Positions 39,296 to 48,259 of a DNA stretch of 64,000 bases are shown here, in pieces. The DNA is from an uncultured Eubacteriales bacterium. GTDB lineage: Bacteria; Bacillota; Clostridia; Oscillospirales; CAG-272. The stretch covers positions 10,053 through 74,052 of the forward strand of contig CAKXXW010000007.1 in the NCBI GenBank assembly GCA_934378145.1, written 5' to 3'. Numbering within the stretch: the stretch's first letter is position 1; the number at the start of each line of letters is the position of its first letter. The notes under the pieces were generated by a model. It ran no database searches. It was not told the DNA's origin and saw nothing but the letters and a program-made list of their open reading frames with translations. A program made the position numbers and the translations under genes.

Positions 39296-39323
39296 ATTAT
39301 ACCACGAAACATACGAAAGTCAA
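39296..39323 (-). promoter_or_regulatory. Promoter driving the THF riboswitch-folT-folC unit
   Basis: The minus strand reads TTGACT, 16 nt, extended TGg, TATAAT (plus-strand agtcaa 39318-39323 and attata 39296-39301). Confidence 0.6.
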
Positions 39324-39330
39324 CTGTTTT

Positions 39331-39726
39331 TCAGATTTTCTTAGGATTTTCCATCATATAGACACTCTGCCCGTCAATGTTTATGTCGGGGAAGAAGATC
39401 GGCGGTACATTCGCCGCCACCGTCAGCGAGGTTATTATCGCCTTGATATGCGGGAAAAGCAGCTTGTATGTCGTTCTGTGCACATCGTCCTGCGGCGCGT
39501 CGTCCTCACGCACAAAGTTTCCGACAAGCTTTACCTTGAGGCAGAAGCTCTTCGGATTATTTTTGTTGAAGACCTCCGCCGTCATCTCCCCGCGGCAGAG
39601 GCGGTTCTGCGCAAACCCGAGGTTATACGCGCACCTGTTCGTAAGCTCAAAGGTCTCGGTCTTCTGAATGTTGTTTACAAAGCTCATCTCACTGACCGAG
39701 TAGCCGAGCAACTTTACATCAGCCAT
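39331..39726 (-). CDS. Small cytoplasmic protein, possibly a SecB-like chaperone
   Basis: 131 aa. The segment LLFPHIKAIITSLTVAANVPPIFFPDINID resembles the SecB motif [29 protein letters not shown]. This assignment comes from motif memory only. Confidence 0.45.
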   Translation of the reverse strand: MADVKLLGYSVSEMSFVNNIQKTETFELTNRCAYNLGFAQNRLCRGEMTAEVFNKNNPKSFCLKVKLVGNFVREDDAPQDDVHRTTYKLLFPHIKAIITSLTVAANVPPIFFPDINIDGQSVYMMENPKKI

Positions 39727-40252
39727 TTGTCTTGTCCTCCTTTTCTTCGCCCTTTTTCTTTCTGAAAACGAGCAGCTTGCTTAAAATATAGTTCAGTACG
39801 GTCACGACCACGATGGATACCGCCGTCGCAATAAGATCGGGCGTTATGTCGATGATAAGGTGAAATTCCCTGTATCCGCAGGCGAGCAGGATCATCGGAA
39901 CAAGCACGCCGATGCCAAGCTCGACAAAGTATGTGCCGACACGCGAGCCGACGAATTTGCCGAACTGCGCCGCGACCGCGCCTTTTTCCTTCGCCTTGTC
40001 GCGGAAGACCCACCATTTGTTGGTGAAGAAGGCGAAGATCACACCGGCGACCCAGCCGAGGCTCACGGCGACCGTGCGAAGAGTCGACGCCGCGGCGAGA
40101 TCCGCCCCCTCGGTCGCACCGATGTCAATGTGAAGTATCGCCGCGAAGGCGTACAGCACCGCAAAGCGCACGCCGTAGGAGACGATCGTCGTAAGAAGCC
40201 CTACGCCTATGTAAACTATTATTTCCCTGTATTTCTCAAAAAATTTTTTCAT
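39719..40252 (-). CDS. GtrA-family membrane protein
   Basis: The ATG at 40252 gives MKKFFEKYREIIVYIGVGLLTTIVSYGVRF, four TM helices and 177 aa. The longer ORF-track start at 40363 runs into the intergenic repeat. The stop overlaps the next gene by 8 nt. Confidence 0.7.
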   Translation of the reverse strand: MKKFFEKYREIIVYIGVGLLTTIVSYGVRFAVLYAFAAILHIDIGATEGADLAAASTLRTVAVSLGWVAGVIFAFFTNKWWVFRDKAKEKGAVAAQFGKFVGSRVGTYFVELGIGVLVPMILLACGYREFHLIIDITPDLIATAVSIVVVTVLNYILSKLLVFRKKKGEEKEDKTNG

Positions 40253-40284
40253 GGTTTTCCTCTGCTTTGTTTGGTCTGTTTTCG

Positions 40285-40975
40285 ACGGGAGACGCGGCGG
40301 ACGGGAGACGCGGGAAACTTTCTTGGAAGAAAGTTTATCCTCACCGCAGGTGAGGAAATGCACCCTTCAAAGAACTTTTCGGGAAACTACGGAAATAACG
40401 CCTTATTCCGCGGCATTTTGCCTGTGGCAAAACTTTGGTGGATTTTTGCCGAGGACTCAAGGGTATGCAAGCATCCCCTTTTCGTCCTCTGCAAAATCCG
40501 CCGGAATTTCCCCTCTGCGAGGCGAAATTCTGCCCGGAATAAGTGATAAAACCGTTTGAGCTTAAAGCAAAGCTCTCTGATAGATCCAATCTTAAGGTAA
40601 TGCTTACCGATAGATAGAGCATCCTGCGTAAATCTTGCGTAAATCTTGCGTAAATCTTGCGTAAATCTTGCGCAAAATGTTCAACCTGTCGGTGAATTTT
40701 GCCTTTAGGTTAAACGCCTTAAACCCTTGTCTCGGGACAGAATTTTCCCCCGCGGGGGAAAATTCCGGTGGATTTTTGAAAAGTCCGATAAAAGGCTGCT
40801 TGCAGACTTTTGAGGAGCTTTTCCAAAAATCCACCATAGTTTTGCCACAGGCAAAATGCCGCGAGACAAGGCAATATTGCCATAACCTTTCAGAAAAGTT
40901 CTTTGAAGGGTGCGGGAAACCTTTCTTTCAAGAAAGTTTCCCGCAGCTCCCGTATCGTTCCTTCGTATCCCCCGT
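40285..40975. repeat. Mosaic multi-hairpin repeat, copy C: foldback composite (beta unit inverted 40285-40545, central 11-bp tandem array, alpha unit 40726-40975)
   Basis: The architecture matches copy B. The ends are inverted repeats: acgggagacgcgggaaactttctt on the left, against the reverse complement of the right end, acgggagctgcgggaaactttctt. Confidence 0.85.
40625..40679. repeat. 11-bp tandem repeat, TGCGTAAATCT x4 plus one degenerate unit
   Basis: Perfect units at 40625, 40636, 40647 and 40658. A degenerate unit, tgcgcaaaatg, is at 40669. Confidence 0.9.
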
Positions 40976-42393
40976 CAAGCCTTTTTGTAGGTAGTGCCTT
41001 CCTTTGTGTCGACAAGGGTGATGCCTTTCGCCGAAAGCTCGCCGCGGATGCGGTCAGCCTCGGCGTAATTCTTTGCCTTTTTCGCCGCTGCGCGAGCCTC
41101 GATAAGGTCAAGGATCCAGCGGTCGTCATCCGACGGGGCGTCCTTCGCCTTTTCTTCCTCACGGAAGGCGGACACGGCGTCGAGCAGACCGAGCTGCATC
41201 ACCTGCTCAAAATTTTCTATCAGCGCGAGCTTAGTCGCATCGTTCGTGTCAGCCTTAAGCACATCGTAGTAGGCGGTCACGGCGAGCGAGGTGTTCATAT
41301 CGTTGTCAAGAGCCGCGACAAAGCCGGCACGGAGATTCTCAAACGCCTGCCTGTCCACCTCGCCGTCGGGACTGAGCGCGGCAATGCGCGAGACGAGCTT
41401 GCGGTAGGCAGCCTTCGCATTGTCAAGTCCCTCGTAGGAGAAGACCAGCGACTTGCGGTAGTGCGACTGCATGCAGAAGAAACGGTAGACCTCCGGCGCG
41501 TAGCCCTTGCTCTCAAGGAGTGAAACGGTCAGAAATTCGCCCGAAGATTTGCTCATCTTCCCGCTCGTCGTGTTCAGGTGATGCACATGGAACCAATAGT
41601 GGCACCAAGGATGCCCGAGGTAAGCCTCGCTCTGCGCGATCTCGTTCGTGTGATGCGGGAAGGCGTTGTCGATGCCTCCGCAGTGAATGTCAAGATACTC
41701 GCCGAGATATTTCATGCTTATGCAGGAACATTCGATGTGCCAGCCGGGGTAGCCTACACCCCACGGGCTGTCCCACTTAAGCTCCTGCGCGTCGAATTTC
41801 GACTTCGTGAACCAAAGCACAAAGTCAGCCTTGTTCCTCTTGTTTTCGTCGCCCTCAACGCCCTCTCTGACGCCGACGGCAAGATCCTCTTCTTCAAAAT
41901 CGTTGAAAACATAATACTTTTCGAGCTTAGAGGTGTCAAAATAGACATTCCCGCCGGCAATATAAGCGTATCCCTTCTCGAGCAGCGAGGTGATGACCTT
42001 TATGAAATCGTCAATGCAACCCGTCGCCGGCTGAACGACATCGGGAGTCCTTATCCGCAGCTTGCGGCAGTCCTCAAAGAAAGCGTCGGTGTAGAACTTC
42101 GCTATCTCAAGCACCGTCTTGTGTTCGCGGCGCGCGCCCTTCAGCATCTTGTCTTCACCCGTGTCGGCATCGCTCGTGAGATGTCCGACATCGGTGATGT
42201 TCATCACGCGCGTGACATCGTAGCCCGCATAGCGGAGGTAACGGTCAAGCACATCCTCCATAATGTAGGAGCGGAGATTCCCTATGTGCGCGAAATGATA
42301 GACCGTGGGGCCGCAGGTGTACATCTTCACCTTTCCCTCTTCGATCGGTCTGAATTCTTCTTTTGTCCTTGTCAGCGAATTGTATATCTGCAT
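40975..42393 (-). CDS. cysS: Cysteine--tRNA ligase
   Basis: The ATG at 42393 gives MQIYNSLTRTKEEFRPIEEGKVKMYTCGPTVYHFAHIGN (HIGH motif). A KMSKS motif is present. Confidence 0.94.
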   Translation of the reverse strand: MQIYNSLTRTKEEFRPIEEGKVKMYTCGPTVYHFAHIGNLRSYIMEDVLDRYLRYAGYDVTRVMNITDVGHLTSDADTGEDKMLKGARREHKTVLEIAKFYTDAFFEDCRKLRIRTPDVVQPATGCIDDFIKVITSLLEKGYAYIAGGNVYFDTSKLEKYYVFNDFEEEDLAVGVREGVEGDENKRNKADFVLWFTKSKFDAQELKWDSPWGVGYPGWHIECSCISMKYLGEYLDIHCGGIDNAFPHHTNEIAQSEAYLGHPWCHYWFHVHHLNTTSGKMSKSSGEFLTVSLLESKGYAPEVYRFFCMQSHYRKSLVFSYEGLDNAKAAYRKLVSRIAALSPDGEVDRQAFENLRAGFVAALDNDMNTSLAVTAYYDVLKADTNDATKLALIENFEQVMQLGLLDAVSAFREEEKAKDAPSDDDRWILDLIEARAAAKKAKNYAEADRIRGELSAKGITLVDTKEGTTYKKA

Positions 42394-42394
42394 A

Positions 42395-43174
42395 TCAGTC
42401 TTTCCTGTCTTCCTTTTTGATTTTCTTTCCTGTCTTTTTTTCGGAGGCAGCCCTGTATTCGGCAAGCTCGGCTTCGAGCGCACTTATCTTCTTCTCGAGC
42501 CGGCGAAGCTCCTGCGCCACCGGATCGGGGATGTGGATCTGGTCCATGTCGTCATTTACCCGCCTGCCGCCCTTCCTGACGACCTTCGCGGGGATGCCGA
42601 CAGCCGTACTCTCGGCGGGGATGTCACGAAGCACCACGGCTCCCGAGGCTATCTTTGAATTGTCACCGAGCGTCACGGGACCGAGGACCTTCGCCCCCGC
42701 ACCTACCATGACATTGTCGCCGAGCGTCGGGTGACGCTTGCCCTGCTCCTTGCCCGTTCCGCCGAGGGTCACGCCCTGATAGACCGTGCAGTTGTCGCCG
42801 ATCTCGGTCGTCTCACCGATGACGACCCCCATTCCGTGGTCGATGAAGAGTCCCTTCCCTATCTTCGCTCCCGGGTGTATCTCGATCCCCGTCGCAAAGC
42901 GCGCGAGCTGGCTTATAAGCCTCGCCGGGAAATAATGCTTCGACACATAGAGCTTATGCGCCACGCGGTAGGCTATCAGCGCATGCACCCCCGAATAGAG
43001 AAACAGCACCTCAAGGTTGCTCCTTGCCGCCGGATCGCGGCGGCGCACCGCGTCGACCTCCGAGAGAAGGTCGTCTATCGCCTGCTTCCCTATCCCCGGC
43101 AGGCGCGAAAGCCCCACCATAAGGTCGCCGAAGCCGCACCTTTCACGGCAGGCATTGCATTTGTTTATATCCAT
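42395..43174 (-). CDS. cysE: Serine O-acetyltransferase
   Basis: The ATG at 43174 follows GGAGGAAGG. Hexapeptide-repeat core: GIEIHPGAKIGKGLFIDHGMGVVIGETTEIGDNCTVYQGVTLGG. The stop is 1 nt from the cysS start. Confidence 0.9.
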   Translation of the reverse strand: MDINKCNACRERCGFGDLMVGLSRLPGIGKQAIDDLLSEVDAVRRRDPAARSNLEVLFLYSGVHALIAYRVAHKLYVSKHYFPARLISQLARFATGIEIHPGAKIGKGLFIDHGMGVVIGETTEIGDNCTVYQGVTLGGTGKEQGKRHPTLGDNVMVGAGAKVLGPVTLGDNSKIASGAVVLRDIPAESTAVGIPAKVVRKGGRRVNDDMDQIHIPDPVAQELRRLEKKISALEAELAEYRAASEKKTGKKIKKEDRKD

Positions 43175-43194
43175 AGTTCCCTTCCTCCGAAGGA

Positions 43195-43941
43195 TCAGCC
43201 TTCGCCGTTCTCCTTCCTGAAGCTCAGTATCGCGTCGCGGTCGGCGCGGGTGAATTCCCTCGTCCGGTTCTTCGACGCGTAGTCGTAAAGGCAAAGAGTC
43301 CCGATAGCCTCCTCGTCGTAGTTCACCTCGCCGCCTCCGGCGTACCTTATGTCAAGGTAGACCGCCAGCGTCAGCTTATCATCTATATCTATGCCGTCAA
43401 AGATGAATTTCCTGTAATTGTAGAGGTTCTTTTTGTCCTTCTTCATCTCCGATGGATGATAGCGCGTCTCGGAAACGCTCTTCGGGTTCTCCTTCGCGCT
43501 GAGGTCATTGTCGCTGTCATCGTCGGGCGTAAGGTCTGTACTTATCGCCACCGTGACATCGAAGACATCGGCGTCGCGGTCGGGGACCTCATCGAGTCCG
43601 AGATCCTTCGCCACCGAGCGAAGGGTGCTGTTGTTGTACCGCACGACCACCTGAAGCTGATGCGCCTCGGGAATGAACGCTACCTGCGATACCGAAAAGT
43701 ATCCCGCGTTCTTCTCGCCGCGCGTGATGTCGTTCTGCCCCTGATAAAACATATAGAGGCTCCCGTCCTCACTCGCATCATATGCCGCAACTGTGTTTTT
43801 ATTTACCATAATGGTCTTCATTCCCGACGGATCACCCGAGGAGAGCATCCTCCAGATGATGAATCCCGTTACCGAGAAAACAAGCACTATTCCGAGGTAT
43901 TTGAGTACCCTTCCGGCGATACGCCAGCCTCTTTTTGCCAT
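43195..43941 (-). CDS. Hypothetical N-terminally anchored membrane protein
   Basis: 248 aa with a single TM helix (LKYLGIVLVFSVTGFIIW). It is tightly packed between araB and cysE. I recognise no motif. Confidence 0.55.
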   Translation of the reverse strand: MAKRGWRIAGRVLKYLGIVLVFSVTGFIIWRMLSSGDPSGMKTIMVNKNTVAAYDASEDGSLYMFYQGQNDITRGEKNAGYFSVSQVAFIPEAHQLQVVVRYNNSTLRSVAKDLGLDEVPDRDADVFDVTVAISTDLTPDDDSDNDLSAKENPKSVSETRYHPSEMKKDKKNLYNYRKFIFDGIDIDDKLTLAVYLDIRYAGGGEVNYDEEAIGTLCLYDYASKNRTREFTRADRDAILSFRKENGEG

Positions 43942-43956
43942 TCGGCACCTCCCGGA

Positions 43957-45612
43957 TCATTTTCCTGAATTTTCTTTTATCCTTCTGAGCCGCTTCATAA
44001 CATCGTTCTGTCCCCTGCCGAAGTAGTCATAGAGCGACAGATATTCTTTATACAGCTCGTCATAGACCTCGGATGCCGCCTCGTTCGGATGATACACCGT
44101 ATCCGAAAGGTGGCTCATCCGCTCCATACAGTCAAGCAGATCCTCTCCCGCCGACGCCGCCGCATAGACCGCCGAGGCGAGCGCGGGTATCTGCCGCGAC
44201 TCTGCGATGATTATATCCTTCTTCAGTACATCGGAGAAGAGCTGCATCGTGAAAGCGTCCTTGCGCGCGATCCCTCCCGCGGCGATGATGCGCCGGATGC
44301 TCACGCCCGAGGACTCGATAGTCTCGGTTATCACCCTTGTGGCAAATGCCGTAGCCTCTATCAGCGCGCGCATTATGTCCTCGGGGCGGGTGCGGAGGTC
44401 CATACCTATTATCATTGCCGAAAGATCGGAATCTATCAGCACATTCCGGTTGCCGTTCAGCCAATCGAGAGCCACAAGCCCCGTCTCTCCGGGAGCTTTT
44501 TCGGCGCACTTCCTTATAAGGAGCTGAAGCACCGAAATGCCGAGCGCGTCAGCCTCATCGCGGTAAGACGCGGGAGCTATATTGTCCGCCGCCCACGCAA
44601 AGGCGTCGCCGAAGCAGCAAAGTCCCGATTCGTATCCCCAGAAACCGGGGGTAAGGCTGTCGCGGAGGACTCCGCAGATGCCCTTCACATTACGCCTCTT
44701 GTCATCTATCAGCATATAGCAGGACGAGGTGCCCATAATTGCACACATATCGCCCGCCGTGTGCATATTAAGTGCCGAGGGCGCCACATGAGCGTCGGGC
44801 TGGGCGGGAGCTACGACCGTTTTTTCACTCAGTCCGTACCTCTCGGCGATCTCTTTTCTCACATTCCCGACCTTTCCGCAGGTATATACCATAGGAGCAT
44901 CGGTCTTCTCCTTCACGACATCGGCAAAGCGCGGGTCGAGCGCGGCAAAAAATTCGCGCGAAGGATAGCCCTTCTCCATATCGTACATGGCCTTCGACGC
45001 GGCGTAGGTGTAGCTCTTTTTCAGCTCACCGCAAAGGTACATATTTATGAAATCCCCCGCCTCGACAAAAAAGTCGGCATCGGCGTAGACCTGCGGCGCA
45101 CGGTCAAGCACCTCGAATACCTTCGGGAAATACCACTCGCTCGAGATCTTTCCGCCGTAGGCTGCAAGCCATTCCTCGCCCATTTTTTCGGCAGTTTCGT
45201 TTATTCTGTCGGCGTAGGGCTGGGCGGCGTGATGCTTCCAGAGCTTCACATAGGCGTGCGGCTCGCACCGGTACTTTTCCTCAAAGCAGAGCGGCGTACC
45301 GTCAGCCCTTATCGGCAGTATCGTGCAGGTCGTGAAATCCACACCGATACCTATTATATTCTCCTTATCGACTCCGGCGTCCGCAATGACTCCCGGAAGT
45401 ATGTAATCAAGCACCTCAAGATAATCTCTCGGGTCCTGAAGCGCGAAATCGGGCGGAAGAGGCTCGCCGCTCGCGGCAAGGCACCTGTCCATCACCCCGT
45501 GCGGATACTCCATCGTCCGCGTGGCAAGCTCGGCTCCGTCCGAGATGCGGACGAGCAGCGCCCGCCCCGACAGAGTTCCGAAATCAAGGCCTATCGTATA
45601 TTTTTCGGTCAT
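43957..45612 (-). CDS. araB: Ribulokinase (FGGY family)
   Basis: 551 aa and collinear with E. coli AraB. Shared segments are IGLDFGTLSGRAL, LWKHHAA, SSEWYFPK, KGICG, LDWLNGNR and AAGGIARK. Confidence 0.85.
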   Translation of the reverse strand: MTEKYTIGLDFGTLSGRALLVRISDGAELATRTMEYPHGVMDRCLAASGEPLPPDFALQDPRDYLEVLDYILPGVIADAGVDKENIIGIGVDFTTCTILPIRADGTPLCFEEKYRCEPHAYVKLWKHHAAQPYADRINETAEKMGEEWLAAYGGKISSEWYFPKVFEVLDRAPQVYADADFFVEAGDFINMYLCGELKKSYTYAASKAMYDMEKGYPSREFFAALDPRFADVVKEKTDAPMVYTCGKVGNVRKEIAERYGLSEKTVVAPAQPDAHVAPSALNMHTAGDMCAIMGTSSCYMLIDDKRRNVKGICGVLRDSLTPGFWGYESGLCCFGDAFAWAADNIAPASYRDEADALGISVLQLLIRKCAEKAPGETGLVALDWLNGNRNVLIDSDLSAMIIGMDLRTRPEDIMRALIEATAFATRVITETIESSGVSIRRIIAAGGIARKDAFTMQLFSDVLKKDIIIAESRQIPALASAVYAAASAGEDLLDCMERMSHLSDTVYHPNEAASEVYDELYKEYLSLYDYFGRGQNDVMKRLRRIKENSGK

Positions 45613-45617
45613 AAGGC

Positions 45618-46133
45618 TTACCTCTTATCTTTCTTTTCCGACGAAAACGATCCGAGAAGGTCGCGAAGCCTTTCGTCGGCGGATATGAATACCACACACT
45701 CGCCGTCACCGTCAGAAACGAGCAGAGCGGTCCTCTCTTTTTTGGGGAGTGCGGGGCAATAGGAATATCTCACGGTGTCCTTCGGCGCCCTGTACGAGCC
45801 TTCACCGCCCGAGGCGTCCTTCACCGCGCAGATATCCCGCGCGGCAATGCGGCAGACGACAGTGAGCCGCCGTCCGTGCCTTTTTGTCACCTCGAACAGC
45901 ACCTCGCCCGTTTTGTCGTCCCTTCCGAGGGCGTAGGTGTAAACGGTCAGGACGAGCCTGTCGATGACAAGCAATCCGACAAGCACGCAGACCGGAGCAA
46001 GGCTCCTTACAATATTTATCACGGTGTCGTTGCCGAGCGTCGGAAAAAGCAGTATCAGGGCGGCAAAAAAGCAAAGGAAAGCGACTGCGGTCCCCGTTTT
46101 TTTCTGCCGGTCGGGTGTATATGAATATATCAC
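45618..46133 (-). CDS. Hypothetical membrane protein (2 TM helices plus a soluble C-terminal domain)
   Basis: 171 aa, 5 nt upstream of araB. I recognise no motif. Confidence 0.5.
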   Translation of the reverse strand: MIYSYTPDRQKKTGTAVAFLCFFAALILLFPTLGNDTVINIVRSLAPVCVLVGLLVIDRLVLTVYTYALGRDDKTGEVLFEVTKRHGRRLTVVCRIAARDICAVKDASGGEGSYRAPKDTVRYSYCPALPKKERTALLVSDGDGECVVFISADERLRDLLGSFSSEKKDKR

Positions 46134-46281
46134 GCCTTCACCGCCAAATCTTTTATAGAGATAATTTTATTGTACCATATTTCAGCCGAAAAATCAATGT
46201 TTTTTGCGTGATAAGCTGAGGAATATTCGCGTGCGGCGGTGAGAATACTAAGACCAAACAAGAATGAAAGGACAAATATAT

Positions 46282-47553
46282 ATGCAGAAACCTCAGATCG
46301 CAAGATGCACGGCGCGCGAAATACTTGATTCGCGCGGAAATCCCACCGTCGAGGCGACGGTCTTCCTCACCGACGGCACGGTAGGTGTCGCCGGAGTACC
46401 CTCCGGAGCCTCCACCGGTACCTACGAGGCAAAAGAAAAGCGCGACGGGGACAAGACCCGCTACTCCGGCAAGGGCGTCCTTGACGCCGTACTCAATGTC
46501 TGCCGCAGGATCTCTCCCGCCATCGCGGGGGTATGCCCGACCGAGCAGCACGAGCTTGACCGCATCCTTCTCTCGCTCGACGGGACGAAGGACAAGTCCG
46601 AGCTTGGCGCTAACGCGACCCTTGCGGTATCGCTCGCAACGGCTCGCGCGGCGGCAAACTTCTACCGTATGCCGGTCTACCGCTATCTCGGAGGTGCCGA
46701 TTCCTACCGCCTCCCGATCCCGATGATGAACATCCTCAACGGCGGCGCGCACGCGTCAAACAATGTAGAGATACAGGAATTTATGATAGTCCCGATCGGC
46801 GCCGAGCGCTTCTCGGAGGCTCTTCGCATGGGAAGTGAGATATATCACGCCCTCGGTGCTCTGCTGAAAAAGAAAGACCTCGCCTCGACTGTCGGAGACG
46901 AGGGAGGATACGCACCCGATCTTTCATCCGACGAGGAGGCTCTCGACCTCATCGTCCGCGCAATAAGCCGCGCGGGATACGACACCGACCGCGTGAAGAT
47001 CGCCCTTGACATGGCGACCGGCGAATGGTACTCCGCCGAGAGCCGGAAGTACGAGCTTCCGAAGCGGAAAGAATCGAAGACCCGCGACGAAATGATAGAC
47101 TATATAGAAAAGCTCACCCGCACCTACCCGATAATGTCGGTCGAGGACGGACTTGACCAGACCGACTTCGAGGGCTGGGCAGAGCTTACCCGCCGTCTCG
47201 GACACGAGACGATGCTCGTCGGCGACGATCTCTTCGTTACGAACACCGAGCGCCTTCGCACCGGGATCGAGGCGGGCGCGGCGAACGCCATCCTCATAAA
47301 GCCGAATCAGATAGGCACTCTCTCGGAGACCCTTGATGTCATCCGCAAGGCGAAGGACGCCGGCTACCGTTTCATCCTCTCTCACCGTTCGGGCGAGACC
47401 GAGGACACGACTCTCTCGGACATCGCCGTAGCTACCGCCTCGCCCTTCATAAAAAGCGGCGCACCCTGCCGCGGCGAACGCGTGGCAAAGTACAACCGCC
47501 TTCTTCGCATCGAATCCTCGCTCAATTCGGGAGCGCGTTACGGCTTCAACTGA
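46282..47553 (+). CDS. eno: Enolase
   Basis: Identifying segments are [17 protein letters not shown] and [18 protein letters not shown]...KYNRLLRIE. The ATG at 46282 is preferred and 46264 is the alternative. The 3' end overlaps the convergent DUF5131 gene by 8 bp. Confidence 0.94.
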   Translation: MQKPQIARCTAREILDSRGNPTVEATVFLTDGTVGVAGVPSGASTGTYEAKEKRDGDKTRYSGKGVLDAVLNVCRRISPAIAGVCPTEQHELDRILLSLDGTKDKSELGANATLAVSLATARAAANFYRMPVYRYLGGADSYRLPIPMMNILNGGAHASNNVEIQEFMIVPIGAERFSEALRMGSEIYHALGALLKKKDLASTVGDEGGYAPDLSSDEEALDLIVRAISRAGYDTDRVKIALDMATGEWYSAESRKYELPKRKESKTRDEMIDYIEKLTRTYPIMSVEDGLDQTDFEGWAELTRRLGHETMLVGDDLFVTNTERLRTGIEAGAANAILIKPNQIGTLSETLDVIRKAKDAGYRFILSHRSGETEDTTLSDIAVATASPFIKSGAPCRGERVAKYNRLLRIESSLNSGARYGFN

Positions 47554-48259
47554 GGTCTATACCGGCGAGCCTTGCCTGCTTCGCCTGCTCTCTTCTCGGG
47601 ACAGAGTAAAGTCTTCCGTCCTTTTTGAAATTCGCGCCGGTCTGCCTGAAGGTAAAAGGCACTCCGGCAGAATAGCAGGCGTCACGGATCGTCAGCACCC
47701 AATCAAAATCGCAAACCCTTGCGCCCTCGCCCGACTCTCCGCCGACCGAAACGCCCCTTATCTCCGGGGACAGGTAGGGCGAGAGGTCGATCTCACCGAG
47801 CAGAGGCTCGCAGATTATCTCCTTACGGGCTATCGGAAGCGACAGAAAGTACGGCAGCCGCTCGTCGGCACGCCTTTGATTCTCGCAGGTCACGGCGACC
47901 GTGACATTCGGGTAGCCCCCGCCCCAATCGTCGGGAAGGCTCTCGCGAAAGCGCAGGATCCTCTTCGTGATTATAAAAAATTCAAGGTCGGGTCGGCGGC
48001 GCATGATCTCCCACGCCTCGCGCCGCCACGGATCCGCCGTATCAAGAAAAAAGTCGGAAGACAGGCAGGTATATACCCGCTCTCCCGACTTTATTTTATA
48101 TCCGTCGGCACCTTTTTTCAGCGGCAGGTCAAACGACGCATTCCTCCCGACCCTCATAGCGTCGCGCCCGTGCTTTCCGTCGATGCGGAAAACATAGCAG
48201 TTAAGGCAACCCTCGCTGTACTTTTTACACCCGTGCCAAGGGTTCCAGAGAAGGCTCAT
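47546..48259 (-). CDS. DUF5131 (phage Gp37/Gp68) family protein
   Basis: 237 aa. The N-terminal signature is [22 protein letters not shown] overlap with the nrdR stop. Confidence 0.75.
   Translation of the reverse strand: MSLLWNPWHGCKKYSEGCLNCYVFRIDGKHGRDAMRVGRNASFDLPLKKGADGYKIKSGERVYTCLSSDFFLDTADPWRREAWEIMRRRPDLEFFIITKRILRFRESLPDDWGGGYPNVTVAVTCENQRRADERLPYFLSLPIARKEIICEPLLGEIDLSPYLSPEIRGVSVGGESGEGARVCDFDWVLTIRDACYSAGVPFTFRQTGANFKKDGRLYSVPRREQAKQARLAGIDLS

Noticed and set aside
40625-40679. The tandem repeat as a possible CRISPR array
   Set aside because: The units are 11 bp and directly abutting with no spacers. There are no cas genes in the window.
42395-42575. The roughly 60-aa C-terminal tail of CysE (DQIHIPDPVAQELRRLEKKISALEAELAEY... 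ending Lys-rich) as an unusual extension
   Set aside because: As far as I recall, a tail containing the (H/L)(I/L)PDPV motif followed by a helix is common in Firmicute serine acetyltransferases. I do not treat it as novel without an alignment.
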